A stretch of DNA of 64,000 bases from Nitrospiraceae bacterium (GCA_037442105.1 JBBIQV010000001.1:62001-126000); one strand, 5' to 3'; shown: positions 10,421-20,347, numbered from the stretch's first letter. Notes: generated from the letters alone by a model not told the origin. Made by a program: numbers and translations.

Positions 10421-12031
10421 CTATTTCATGAACGGCGGCACGCCGTGATCGAGCTGATAGAGCGCGATGGGATTGGCCGGCTCGACCACGGAGCTCACAG
10501 CGATCTCTCCGTCCGGTCGCGGACGAAAGAGATCGAGCGCGTGACTGTAATGATACTCACACCCCTGCTGAGCGAGAAGCTCTTTCAGTTTTTCCGGCGG
10601 CTCCCAATTGGCAGTGAGCAGCGCGGCGCGCGCGGGATTGCGCCCGCTGAACGTAAACGACAGGTGATCGGGGAGCCAATCCGCGCCGCCCGTCGCATAG
10701 GAGACGAACTGGCGCGCCTGCGCGACGCGGCACAGATCCGCCAAGTAGCCATTGGTCAGATAGCCGTTCTCTCCCACATCGAGCCAGCGTCCAGGATGGC
10801 AGAACGGGGCATGGGCCGCATAGGTCCGCACTTCCTTCAACTGCTGCTGCGACGCGAGGACCAGTTGCAACGGACCATGTCGCCGAACCAGCTCGTCGAT
10901 GACGCCCTCCTTGATCGCCGACCGCCCCGAGTTGGTCGGACCGCTATCCGCGTGTACCAGAACATTGTAGCCACGGTCGACGACCAGATAGCAGTTACGC
11001 GGCATTTCGAGATCGCAGGGGTCTTCGCCGTAGAACGGGACCGAGACCACAGCCCCTCCCTCGAAGTTCCAGGATTCGCCGTGCGCCAGCTCGATGACGT
11101 GCGCGAAGCCCAGCTCTCTCAGCAGCGGCAGGTAGTCATAGTAGAGCTTTCGCCGATTGCGCCGGCTTGGCACGATGATCGGGGTGTCCTTCGGCACATG
11201 GAGCAAGGTGCGGGGGTCCACGTGATCGTCGTGGTCATGGGTCAAAAAGATCGCCGCGGGACGGGGAAGCAGCGACACCCAGAGGGACGGCACGTCGGAT
11301 TCCGCAAACCACGGGAGCAGCCAGGGGTCGAACAACAAGAAGGTGTCGCGTTGCCGGTACATCAGCGCCGCATGGCCGAGGTGAATCGTATCCCGGTCCT
11401 GAGTGATCTCGATCCACCGGCTGCGAATCGACGCCTGAGAAGTATGCAGTAGGCACTCGTGCTGGTGCAGCAATTCCAAGAGACGCGTCAAGGTCCGCTC
11501 GGCATCTCTTCCTGAAGCCATCACCACGGTTTGAACTTCTCCGGCCTGGCGGGTTCCACCCAGCAGTCCCAACACCTTCCCGACTGCCGGCCCCATCGGG
11601 CGCTCGAATCCCAACGGGATCGCCTGCCGTTTCACTGCATTGAAAATCCGCAGACCGGTATTGGTGACAGTGGCGGATTTCGTCGGGTCCAACGGGTACT
11701 CCCACTGGAAGGTCCCATCGGGTTTCCGCCCGCAACGGATGTGTTGGCGGAGATAGGGGCGAGACTGGACCAGCTCGGCATAGGCATCTTCGAGGCGGCG
11801 CTGGATCGTGGGATCATCGAGGGAGGCACGGCGCGAGAACACATCGCTGATCGCAGTCTCCACACAACTCAACAGCAAGCTATGGGCGTTATGCAGAGAG
11901 GCCACTACCTCTGGCGCCACGCCGCCGATGAATGGAAAGGGACCAGGCGCCTCGGCGCTCTCCAATTGCACCCACGTCCAGGGTGCGAGACCGATGTACT
12001 CCTCGCGCGGCAGTTTGTCCCAAATCTTCAT
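10421..12031 (-). CDS. MBL-fold metalloprotein with long N-terminal domain
   Basis: HLGHA, FDPW, THDHDDH, PFYGE, HADS motifs. Confidence 0.8.
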   Translation of the reverse strand: MKIWDKLPREEYIGLAPWTWVQLESAEAPGPFPFIGGVAPEVVASLHNAHSLLLSCVETAISDVFSRRASLDDPTIQRRLEDAYAELVQSRPYLRQHIRCGRKPDGTFQWEYPLDPTKSATVTNTGLRIFNAVKRQAIPLGFERPMGPAVGKVLGLLGGTRQAGEVQTVVMASGRDAERTLTRLLELLHQHECLLHTSQASIRSRWIEITQDRDTIHLGHAALMYRQRDTFLLFDPWLLPWFAESDVPSLWVSLLPRPAAIFLTHDHDDHVDPRTLLHVPKDTPIIVPSRRNRRKLYYDYLPLLRELGFAHVIELAHGESWNFEGGAVVSVPFYGEDPCDLEMPRNCYLVVDRGYNVLVHADSGPTNSGRSAIKEGVIDELVRRHGPLQLVLASQQQLKEVRTYAAHAPFCHPGRWLDVGENGYLTNGYLADLCRVAQARQFVSYATGGADWLPDHLSFTFSGRNPARAALLTANWEPPEKLKELLAQQGCEYHYSHALDLFRPRPDGEIAVSSVVEPANPIALYQLDHGVPPFMK

Positions 12032-12035
12032 GACC

Positions 12036-12124
12036 GTGATGCGTGATAAGTGATGGGTGATGGGTGTGGAGCGGACTCTTTCTAGTCTTTCAACTGTTCA
12101 CTCATCACCGATCACTCATCACTT
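12036..12124. repeat. Heptad-repeat inverted-arm element (GTGATNN), empty
   Basis: gtgatgc-gtgataa-gtgatgg-gtgatgg ... ttcactc-atcaccg-atcactc-atcactt; contains VOC stop codon. Confidence 0.8.
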
Positions 12125-12548
12125 CCCACTTGAGTTTGCTGATCGTCGGCTCGTACAGCGCCTGAATCACGTTGCCGTCCGGATCGGCAAAATAGAACGA
12201 GTAACTGCCATCGCGGTGGCGCTTCGGCGGTTTGACGATGGCGGCCCCGAACTGCGCTGCCCTCCGTTCGACGTGCCGGAACATCTCATCTACGGCTTCG
12301 GAGCTGTCGAGGATCACGCCGAAATGGTCCAGCAACTGGCCGCATGGCGGCTGATAGCTCGACAGCTCAGCCTGCGGAATCTGGTGCAACGCCAGATTGT
12401 CCGTGCCGGAGCTGAAATAGACATTGTCAGGGTCCGGTTCCCACACGGCTTTCATGCCTAGGAGCTGCTCGTAAAAGCCGCGCGAGCGCGGCAGGTTGGT
12501 GACGCGAAGAGCCAGATGGCGTAAGCCGCGATGGAGTGGCATCGTCAT
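12105..12548 (-). CDS. VOC/glyoxalase family protein
   Basis: GLRHLALRV, FYEQLLG, DHFG, YFADPDGNVIQ. Confidence 0.88.
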   Translation of the reverse strand: MTMPLHRGLRHLALRVTNLPRSRGFYEQLLGMKAVWEPDPDNVYFSSGTDNLALHQIPQAELSSYQPPCGQLLDHFGVILDSSEAVDEMFRHVERRAAQFGAAIVKPPKRHRDGSYSFYFADPDGNVIQALYEPTISKLKWEVMSDR

Positions 12549-12767
12549 GTAGTCACTGATGATCGCGTTGGAGTTGAAAGACTGCGATCCCCCAAGCCGA
12601 CTACGTATAGTAGGTAGGAGCCCTTCTTCCGTCAATCGAAATTCCCGCCGGCTTGCTTTCCGCACTTGCGGATGATCCTACCACGACCGTTCGTGGCTGT
12701 CGCTTCGCACACGCGCTATGGTACGATCACGCAGCCATGTTGCTTTGAACCCAAGGAGTGGAGGACC

Positions 12768-13613
12768 ATGTCTCGACGTATCCTGTTGCTGCTATTCGGC
12801 GCCTCGTTCTTGTTCGATTCGTCCATGTCTTTTGCCGCCGGTCCGGAGAGCCGCACTTCCGTAGCCGGCACCGGGAAGGATGGTGCGCCGCTTGTACTGG
12901 TCCCAGCCGGCCCCTTTCCCATGGGCGTGCCACCGGGAGACCGCGACGGCGGGCGCGATGAGTACCCGCGTCACACGGTGGACCTGGATGCCTTTTACAT
13001 CGACAAGTACGAAATCACAAACGGCCGGTATCTCGACTTCGTCAAAGCCACAGGTCACCGCGTGCCCCAGAACCCGAAAAACCCGACACGCAATCTTTGG
13101 GAAGGAGACCGCATTTCTGAATCCCTCGCCGACCGACCGGTCGTGAACGTGGACTGGTTTGACGCCGACGCTTACTGTACATGGGCCGGCCGCCGCCTGC
13201 CGACTGAAGCCGAATGGGAAAAGGCGGCGCGGGGTACGGATGACCGGCGGTTTCCCTGGGGCAATGTCGAACCCACTGCGAAGCACCTCAACTACAATCA
13301 AAGATGGATCGGCGAAAAGACGCTGATGCCCGTGGGCAGCTATGAAGCCGGCAAGAGCCCCTACGGGGCCTACGACATGGCGGGCAATGTGTGGGAATGG
13401 GTCAACGATTGGTACGACGCGCGATACTACGAGAAGACCCCATCCGCCAATCCGAAAGGTCCGGAGAGCGGCACGAAGAAAGTCATCCGCGGCGCCGGGT
13501 GGCAGAACGAGACGCCCACAGTCCGCATCTTCACCCGCGTCGAAAGCGATCCGACGATCCGCAATGAGTCGACCGGCTTCAGATGCGCCGCCGATGCGGC
13601 AATGCAAAAGTAA
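12768..13613 (+). CDS. FGE-sulfatase (SUMF1/EgtB/PvdO) domain exported protein
   Basis: RLPTEAEWEKAARG, DMAGNVWEW, GFRCA; GGAGG RBS. Confidence 0.9.
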   Translation: MSRRILLLLFGASFLFDSSMSFAAGPESRTSVAGTGKDGAPLVLVPAGPFPMGVPPGDRDGGRDEYPRHTVDLDAFYIDKYEITNGRYLDFVKATGHRVPQNPKNPTRNLWEGDRISESLADRPVVNVDWFDADAYCTWAGRRLPTEAEWEKAARGTDDRRFPWGNVEPTAKHLNYNQRWIGEKTLMPVGSYEAGKSPYGAYDMAGNVWEWVNDWYDARYYEKTPSANPKGPESGTKKVIRGAGWQNETPTVRIFTRVESDPTIRNESTGFRCAADAAMQK

Positions 13614-13632
13614 AAATGCAAAATGAAAAATT
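13601..13632. repeat. Left heptad arm of four-helix-bundle cassette 1
   Basis: tgcaaaa-gtaaaaa-tgcaaaa-tgaaaaa; contains upstream TAA and the cassette ATG. Confidence 0.75.
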
Positions 13633-13996
13633 ACGGACGGCTCGCGATATCGTAGAGCGCACGTTTTCATTCGCCCTCGACATTGTCAAACTCTGCAAGC
13701 GATTAAACCAGAAACCTGGGGTCGAAAAAATCCTCTCGCTCCAGTTACTCCGCTCCGGCACTTCGATAGGGGCGAATGTCGAGGAGGCCCAGGCAGCCCA
13801 GAGCAAAGCTGACTTCGCCAGCAAAATGTCCATTGCTCTCAAGGAAGCACGCGAGACTCATTACTGGCTCCGGCTCATCAGAAACTCTGGTTCAGCGGAG
13901 ACCGAAACCTTCGCGAGTCTGATCAAGGAAGCCGGAGAACTCGGTAAAGTCCTGGGCGCGATCATCGCGCGATCCAAACAGATATCGCGGAACTAA
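13616..13996 (+). CDS. Four-helix-bundle protein (23S rRNA IVS protein/TIGR02436-like)
   Basis: QLLRSGTSIGANVEEA, SKADF, IALKEARETHYWL. Confidence 0.9.
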   Translation: MQNEKLRTARDIVERTFSFALDIVKLCKRLNQKPGVEKILSLQLLRSGTSIGANVEEAQAAQSKADFASKMSIALKEARETHYWLRLIRNSGSAETETFASLIKEAGELGKVLGAIIARSKQISRN

Positions 13997-13999
13997 CCC

Positions 14000-14030
14000 T
14001 TCTGCATTTTGCACTTTTAATTTTTCATTC
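14000..14030. repeat. Right heptad arm of four-helix-bundle cassette 1
   Basis: ttctgca-ttttgca-cttttaa-tttttca, complementary to left arm. Confidence 0.75.
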
Positions 14031-14035
14031 CTGCC

Positions 14036-14875
14036 ATGAACCAAAGAAAAGACTTCGATGGCCTTACCGTCGCCGCTTTCGAAAGCCGACTGGCTGTTGA
14101 AATGACTCGCTTGATCGAGCGCTATGGCGGACAACCGCTCGTAGCCCCCGCGCTACGGGAGATCCCGCTGGAGAACAACACAGAAGCCCTTCGGTTCGGT
14201 ACGCATCTGCTCGCCGGTGAGATCGACCTGCTCATCTTACTGACAGGGGTCGGCACTCGCACACTCGTTGAAGTCCTGCGGACTCGCCACTCGTTGGACT
14301 CCATCAAGGCTGCTCTCAAGAAAGCGACGCTCGTCGCGCGCGGTCCGAAGCCGGTGGCCGCCTTGAAAGAGCTTGGCCTCACGCCGACGCTGACGGTTCC
14401 CGAACCGAATACGTGGCGCGATATCCTCCGGACGCTGGATACTCAGAAGCCGGTACAGGGGCTGCGAGTCGCCGTCCAGGAGTACGGCGTCTCAAATGCC
14501 GAGTTATTGGACGCGCTGCGACAGCGCGGGGCGTCCGTGACGAGAGTTCCGGTTTATCGGTGGGCACTGCCGGAGGACACGGCACCGCTGAAACGGGTGA
14601 TCGAAGCAATCCTGGCCGGACAGGCGGACGTGATGCTGATTACCAACGCCGCTCAGATCGATCACGTGATGCAGTTGCTGGCGCAGGTGGGAAAAGTGAA
14701 ACAGTTCCAGCGGGCTTGCACCCGAATAGTCGTCGCCTCTATCGGCCCCACCGCCAGCGAACGTCTTCACCATTACGACCTCCCTGTAGACCTCGAACCC
14801 TCGCACCCCAAGATGGGCCTCCTCGTCAAAGAAACGAGCGAACGCGCCTACTCCATTCTTGCTGGGAAAACCTAG
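14036..14875 (+). CDS. hemD: Uroporphyrinogen-III synthase
   Basis: ESR, ARGPKP, PEPNT, VYRW, IGPTA, PSHPKMG motifs. Confidence 0.85.
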   Translation: MNQRKDFDGLTVAAFESRLAVEMTRLIERYGGQPLVAPALREIPLENNTEALRFGTHLLAGEIDLLILLTGVGTRTLVEVLRTRHSLDSIKAALKKATLVARGPKPVAALKELGLTPTLTVPEPNTWRDILRTLDTQKPVQGLRVAVQEYGVSNAELLDALRQRGASVTRVPVYRWALPEDTAPLKRVIEAILAGQADVMLITNAAQIDHVMQLLAQVGKVKQFQRACTRIVVASIGPTASERLHHYDLPVDLEPSHPKMGLLVKETSERAYSILAGKT

Positions 14876-14916
14876 CCCGCTGCCGGAAAAAGAGAAGGGC
14901 CTACTGACAAGCCCAC

Positions 14917-15996
14917 TCATGTCAGGTGATCTTGTGGCAACGCGAGAGGTGCCATGTCAGCGGCAGGGCCATGACAGCCGGTCTGACGACTCCGATGAAG
15001 GAGCGAGCGGCGGGTTTCCAGCAATTGGTACAACACGGGCAGAACGACCAGCGTCAAGAGCGTGGAACTCAAGAGTCCCCCGATCACCACGGTCGCCAGC
15101 GGCCGTTGCACCTCCGAACCGATTCCGTTCGCGAAAGCCAAAGGGAGGAGACCGAGCAGCGCCACGATGCCGCCGATGAAGGAGAACGGCAAATTGGCGA
15201 TGATCAATCCCGCGTGCCGCAGCGAGTTGAACGACGAGAACAGGAGAAAGAAGATCAGGCCGATGGTGATCGGCACGATGATCCGGAGCCTCGCCATAGC
15301 CCGCTGCATATTTTCGAACGCGCCGCCCCATTCGATGGAGTACCCTGTGGGAAGCCGAAGGTGAGCCGCGAGCTTCTTCTGTCCCTCCTCCACGACACGT
15401 TGATCCCGTAGCGGGCGATCTTCCGGCGATCGATGTCCACCGTCAGATAGGATTGCCCGGCCTGCTGCTCGACTTTGACGTCACGGACTTCCGCGACGGT
15501 GCCCATGATCCTGGCGATCTCTTGGCCTTCTCCCTGAGGAGGTCCAAGCCATCGCCGAAGAGCTTGATCGCGATCTCATTTTTGACGCCGGAAATCAGCT
15601 CCTCGACCCGCTCTTGAATCGGTTGACTCATCAGCACGGCGATGCCGAGGATCTGCGCTAACCGCCGGCGCATCATCTCGACCAACGTCTCCTTAATCGC
15701 GTGCCGAGGTCCATTGGTCTCGGGGTTTGAGCGTCACGATTGCGTCGCTTTCGTTCGGTTCCATGGGTTCCACCGCGATTTCCGATCGTCCGATCTTGCT
15801 CACGATGGAGAGGACTTCCGGAAACTCAAGCAGGGCTCGTTGCGCGTCCATTTCGACCCGGACGGAATTGTCGAGCGAGATATCCGGAAGCCGAAGCACC
15901 TGCGGCGTCAGCGACCCTTCGTCGACGGAGCCGTCCACCAACATGCCGATCGCAATCGCCAGACCACCCAGCGACATCAGGTTGGCCGACAGCCCG
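14917..15996 (-). pseudogene. czcA: CzcA/CusA heavy-metal RND pump remnant (internal deletions, frameshifts)
   Basis: Fragments SANLMSLGGLAIAIGMLVDGSV, DEGS, SQPIQERV, IDRRKIARYGINV, WGGAFEN, GSEVQRPLATVVIGG in different frames. Confidence 0.88.
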
Positions 15997-16314
15997 CACG
16001 TTTTCCCCGAGATCGGCGTTGACCTCGACGACCCGGCCTCGGACCAGCCCCGTGATCTCGGCCAAGGCGTTCTCGTTCGGTTTGATCGTTCCGTGGAAGT
16101 CGCGATGGGTCTGGAACATCCTGCGCGCAACGGGTTCGACCCGAATGCCGGCGCGCTCGATCACGTCCTTGGCCAGGCTGAGTGTGCTGGGGCTATGCAG
16201 CGCGGCCGGCTTCGACGAGGTCATGTCGCCGCCGGACTCTTGTGTGCAGCCGAAGAACGTCAGGATTCTGACAAGGGCCAATGCGCCCCATTCCGCCCTC
16301 CCGACAATCCTCAT
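15997..16314 (-). pseudogene. czcB: CzcB/CusB membrane-fusion protein, N-terminal remnant
   Basis: AGIRVEPV...GTIKPNE...GRVVEVNADLGENV, then abrupt junction into czcA sequence. Confidence 0.75.
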
Positions 16315-16334
16315 GGTCCTTCGGGCCACCCTTG

Positions 16335-16729
16335 CAGGATGAACCGGCGACACCCGCTTCAGCCGCTTCTCGCCGCGCCAGTCTCTTCCCATACCATTCG
16401 AACGGCTGGCTCGACGCAATCTGATATTCGGTCCGCGCGAGGTCCAAGCTCGGATCGCGAATCGCGCCGCGCCCCGTTTGCCCGGTGATGGTGGGATTGG
16501 GATAGGCGCCGGCGGTGATCTCCCGGCCTCGCGTTTCGTCGATCGTGCCTTCCGCCCGTGCGATGAGCGGATTTCTCGCTTCCGCAAGATGGATGACGGT
16601 ATCGAGTTGAAACACGGGAAGGGGTGGCTCTTCCGCTGTCGCGCCGCCGGCGAGACAAATAAGACTCCACACCCATGCAACGCAAGCCGGAAAGACCCAG
16701 CGCGGGGCCGAAGTTGTGAACCGGTTCAT
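16335..16729 (-). pseudogene. czcC: CzcC/TolC-family outer-membrane factor, N-terminal remnant
   Basis: ARNPLI, AGAYPNP, SQPFEWYGKRLARREAA; only about 130 aa. Confidence 0.75.
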
Positions 16730-16820
16730 AGCCACCCTTGGAAACGTACGGAAATCAGAAAGGCCCGTTCGCGCAAGGCCGCGCCCCCGAGCGGCCGGCT
16801 CCGAAGCGCAGCGCCGTTGG

Positions 16821-17008
16821 TAGGAGCCTGTCCGACATTGCCGTTCGTGACGAGGCGAAGGAGATGCGGCCAGATGCAAGGCCGCAGGCCCGGAAAAACC
16901 GGAGGCGTATTCGCTGGAATACGTTGAGGATTTTTTCGGGCCGAGAACGACGCAGATGGGTGCAGATCGTTCGCCACAGTAGAAAGGTCAATGTCGGACA
17001 GGCTCCTA
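16821..17008. mobile_element. 188-bp MITE-like element, copy 1
   Basis: Perfect 20-bp terminal inverted repeats TAGGAGCCTGTCCGACATTG; second copy at 20909. Confidence 0.85.
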
Positions 17009-17035
17009 GAGTTCCGAAGGCGAGCTCTGTGCGAA

Positions 17036-17302
17036 CTATCCGGTGATGGAAGATGATGGAGCGGTGGGAGGATGGAAGACGTCGTGATCTCGAAGAACCG
17101 AGCGGAGTCTCGACATGCCGCCGATGTTGCACGACAGGACATGCGAGGGCCTGATCAAGGGATGATCCGTGGGGATCGCAAACCCTTCAAGGAAGGAAGA
17201 GATGTCTCCCTCGACGGAGGCATCCAAGTCCAAAAACGTGACGGGTACGCCCAGCATCTGCATAAAAACGAAGACACAGAGGCACATCTGAAAGGCCAGC
17301 AA
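17036..17302 (-). CDS. Small membrane-anchored 'FHPP' protein upstream of czc remnant (start possibly frameshifted)
   Basis: Paralog of 17493..17771: MQMLGVP, EGFAIP, DHDVFHPP. Confidence 0.65.
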   Translation of the reverse strand: MLAFQMCLCVFVFMQMLGVPVTFLDLDASVEGDISSFLEGFAIPTDHPLIRPSHVLSCNIGGMSRLRSVLRDHDVFHPPTAPSSSITG

Positions 17303-17426
17303 AGCGGTGCCGGCACTGAAAAAGGAGCCCCCTACTGGTCCTGCGCATCATCATGAGCGTGCCGTGATCTTAGGAGTTCGGTGTTGCCAAGTTAATCCAT
17401 TGGAGAGACAACTGGCCCCCACAGGG

Positions 17427-17456
17427 TTGACAAGAGGGTGCATTGACACCTAGATT
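17427..17456 (+). promoter_or_regulatory. Putative sigma70 promoter
   Basis: TTGACA-18 bp-TAGATT upstream of 17493. Confidence 0.45.
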
Positions 17457-17492
17457 ACCGCGCGCTTGCGTTCATGGGGGCACATGGTGGGC

Positions 17493-17771
17493 ATGAACGG
17501 CTCCAAGATTCGCATCCTGACCTGCCTCATGGTGGTCGTCCTCTGTCTCTGCGTGACCATGCAGGTGTTGGGCGTTCCTACCACACTATGGGACCCCTCC
17601 ATGACTGCTGACACGCTCAGCGCGTCAATTTTCGAAGGGTTCTCCATCCCACCGAGTCTCCCTTCACCGCATGTGATTTCATCGGGTGTTCTCGATACTC
17701 AGTCGATTCCCTCTACGCGGGTCTCTCTCCTCGATCATTCTCTGTTCCATCCGCCCTGCTCGGTTCTCTAG
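17493..17771 (+). CDS. Small membrane-anchored 'FHPP' protein
   Basis: Hydrophobic N-terminus, MQVLGVP, EGFSIP, DHSLFHPP. Confidence 0.7.
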   Translation: MNGSKIRILTCLMVVVLCLCVTMQVLGVPTTLWDPSMTADTLSASIFEGFSIPPSLPSPHVISSGVLDTQSIPSTRVSLLDHSLFHPPCSVL

Positions 17772-18013
17772 CTCCTGCTCCTCAGTCCGAACCGGACGCG
17801 CAGCATTCATCGGCGCATCAGGTTCGTCGGTCGTGAGGTTTCATCGCCACCAATAAGGGCGCTCTCGATCGCTGACCTGGTCAGCACGCTGCTTTCGCTG
17901 AAATGTTCGACGCTTCTGTCCGGATGACGGAGGAGAAGAACGGACCCTGGTGTTTTACCGAGATGCGACAGACGAGCTAACGGCGATGGACTCCGAGGAA
18001 ATCAGGAGGAAGA

Positions 18014-18427
18014 ATGAGACATATCCCTGTCGTAGGTCTTGTGTTGGTGGCAGTCCTTGCCGCCTGCAACCACGGGCGCGAGGCCGGCCAGCCGGCACGC
18101 GTCCATTATGTGCAGATTCGAGAAACCGTGACGCCCATGACGCTCTACGCCAAAGTCGGGGATGAAATTCGGTGGCAGAACCTTCGGAAGAAGTCCGTCA
18201 AGATCGGATTCCTCGGGAGTCCGAAGCTCGACACGGTGGCCTGCCAGAAGGGGTTTTCCTGGATGGGCTCCATCCAGGATTTGGTGACGGTGAAACCGTC
18301 GGAGTTCGTCAGCCTCTGTTTCACGGAGCCGGCCACGATTCGCTTCAACGTCTGGCTGGATGCGGAGAATCTCGTGAGCGACATGAGCCCGACAGCGACC
18401 ATCCGCATCTCGACTGAAGCGGGATGA
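18014..18427 (+). CDS. Hypothetical lipoprotein, possibly cupredoxin-like fold
   Basis: AGGAGG RBS, lipobox LAAC, VGDEIRWQN. Confidence 0.7.
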   Translation: MRHIPVVGLVLVAVLAACNHGREAGQPARVHYVQIRETVTPMTLYAKVGDEIRWQNLRKKSVKIGFLGSPKLDTVACQKGFSWMGSIQDLVTVKPSEFVSLCFTEPATIRFNVWLDAENLVSDMSPTATIRISTEAG

Positions 18428-18446
18428 TGCCGAACAGGCTACAACC

Positions 18447-18650
18447 GACATCGACCACTGCGCGGCCGCCCTCTTTACGGCGCTGACGATGTCCCCGACC
18501 GAGCAGCGCACCCGCATGCGGAGCATGCGAGCGCTGATTCAAGAATTCAACGTCTACCGCTGGGCCGGGAGGATGCTGATGGATGCCGCCCGAATTCGCC
18601 AGCGCCAGCGGGTGATGCAGCAGGTGGGCCAACCGAATCTGCTCCTGTAA
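18447..18650 (+). pseudogene. otsA: C-terminal remnant of trehalose-6-phosphate synthase
   Basis: Manual translation DIDHCAAALFTALTMSPTEQRTRMRSMRALIQEFNVYRWAGRMLMDAA; directly upstream of otsB. Confidence 0.8.
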
Positions 18651-18662
18651 GCGAGCGGGACG

Positions 18663-19475
18663 ATGCAGTATCTCTTCACGGAAGCCGGCAAGCGACGGTT
18701 GAGCGAATTGGCTCGCCCGTCCACCCTCTTCGCGTTCGACTTCGACGGCACCCTCTCGCAGATCGTGCGGCAACACCAGGAGGCGCAGCTCGCTCCGCTG
18801 ATTCGGACTCAGCTCGTGGAACTGGGAAAGGTCGCGCCGACGGCGATTCTCTCCGGCCGCTCGCTCGCCGATCTGCAGGCACGCGTGGACGGAGCGGCGG
18901 CGCACCTGGTCGGCAATCATGGGCTGGAAGGCCTTGGCGCCTCATCCGAGGCGTTGCAACGGGCTCGCGACACCTGCCTGGCATGGATGCACCAAGTGGA
19001 GGCGCGATGCATGCCCTTGTTCACGCAGATCGGGGTGACGGTCGAGGACAAGACCTACTCCCTGGCGATCCATTACCGCACGGCCCGGTGGAAGCCTGCC
19101 GCCAAGCATGCCATCAGGCAGTTGTTACCGCTGCTCTCCCCTGCGCCGCGCGTGCTGCCGGGAAAATCGGTGTGGAATCTCCTCCCGCCTGACGCGCCGC
19201 ACAAGGGCACGGCGCTGCTCGCTCTCATGACTCGGCTGGGCTGCAGGGCGGCCCTGTACATCGGCGATGACGACACGGATGAAGATGTCTTCGCGCTGGA
19301 CGATCTCCGGGTCATGGCAGTTCGTGTCGGCAAGACACAACACTCACGTGCGCAATTCTACGTGAAGCGTCAAGCGGAAGTAGCCAGCGCGATCGCATAT
19401 CTGGTGCGAAGCCTGAATCGAGTATCCTCGTTGCGGCGAAGCGTGGGAGGAGAAGGATCACCCAATGATGAATGA
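18663..19475 (+). CDS. otsB: Trehalose-6-phosphate phosphatase
   Basis: DFDGTL, SGRS, GNHGLE, HYR, KGTAL, YIGDDDTDEDVF. Confidence 0.92.
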   Translation: MQYLFTEAGKRRLSELARPSTLFAFDFDGTLSQIVRQHQEAQLAPLIRTQLVELGKVAPTAILSGRSLADLQARVDGAAAHLVGNHGLEGLGASSEALQRARDTCLAWMHQVEARCMPLFTQIGVTVEDKTYSLAIHYRTARWKPAAKHAIRQLLPLLSPAPRVLPGKSVWNLLPPDAPHKGTALLALMTRLGCRAALYIGDDDTDEDVFALDDLRVMAVRVGKTQHSRAQFYVKRQAEVASAIAYLVRSLNRVSSLRRSVGGEGSPNDE

Positions 19476-19502
19476 ACGCATCTTCTAAGGAGGGGGCCGG
19501 CA

Positions 19503-19727
19503 ATGGCAAGGATCGACCTGGTGTTGAATTGCGTGATGTGTCGACGGGTCAAGGATGAGGATTGGGATGGCGTCAGCGGCGGGGAATGGTGTCCTCTCGT
19601 GGACTATCTTCGGCGGCACCAGATGAGCGTGTCTGACCTGATCCCTTCAGAAACCTATTGCCCGGACTGTTCCCTATCCTACGATCGGCTCATCATGTAT
19701 GGGAAGAATGGCCAGGAGTTTGTGTAG
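19503..19727 (+). CDS. Small CxxC...CxxC protein
   Basis: AAGGAGG RBS, CVMC and YCPDC. Confidence 0.65.
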   Translation: MARIDLVLNCVMCRRVKDEDWDGVSGGEWCPLVDYLRRHQMSVSDLIPSETYCPDCSLSYDRLIMYGKNGQEFV

Positions 19728-19807
19728 TTGAACGCCGACAAGGCAAGTTGGCGCACGAATAATCGTCGCCCCTATCGGCCTCTTGCCGCCGGCAAACGCC
19801 TCCGGTC

Positions 19808-20344
19808 TTATTCCACGACCCAGAGAGTGAACCCGGAGGCATCGCGCAGCAACTGATCGGCAACGCCGCTGCCGAAGAGCCGTTTCCCCCCGGGTACGCC
19901 GTGGCGGCTGATCACGATGGTCCCGAACCCCCCATTTCGCGCTTCGTCGAGAACATTCTGAGCGATATTATCTTCATGTCCGAACTTCAGCGTGACGCGA
20001 TCCAGAGGAAAGCCGGTCTTCCCGAACACCTCCAGCGCTTTCAGCAAAATGGGGTATTCGATCGCACTTTCCGCCCGGACCCAGTCCTCCTGATCCTTTC
20101 GCAAACCCTCAGCCAGCCTTACTTCAACCGCGGGATCTTCGGACCCACCATGTTCCAGCAGCTCGCGCGGCATGGGTTTCAGCACGTGGAACAACGTGAT
20201 GTGCGCGTCGCGAGTATCACGCAGTAGGGTTCCGACATATCGCAGTGCCCGCTCGGAGTGCTCAGAGTCATCGACCGCAACCAGAATGCGTGTGACGAGG
20301 GTGTTCCCACGACGGCTCGCCGTTGGACGATGCGGTTGCTCCAT
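19808..20344 (-). CDS. Universal stress protein (UspA family)
   Basis: RILVAVDDSEHSERAL, FGSGVADQLL. Confidence 0.88.
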   Translation of the reverse strand: MEQPHRPTASRRGNTLVTRILVAVDDSEHSERALRYVGTLLRDTRDAHITLFHVLKPMPRELLEHGGSEDPAVEVRLAEGLRKDQEDWVRAESAIEYPILLKALEVFGKTGFPLDRVTLKFGHEDNIAQNVLDEARNGGFGTIVISRHGVPGGKRLFGSGVADQLLRDASGFTLWVVE

Positions 20345-20347
20345 ACG

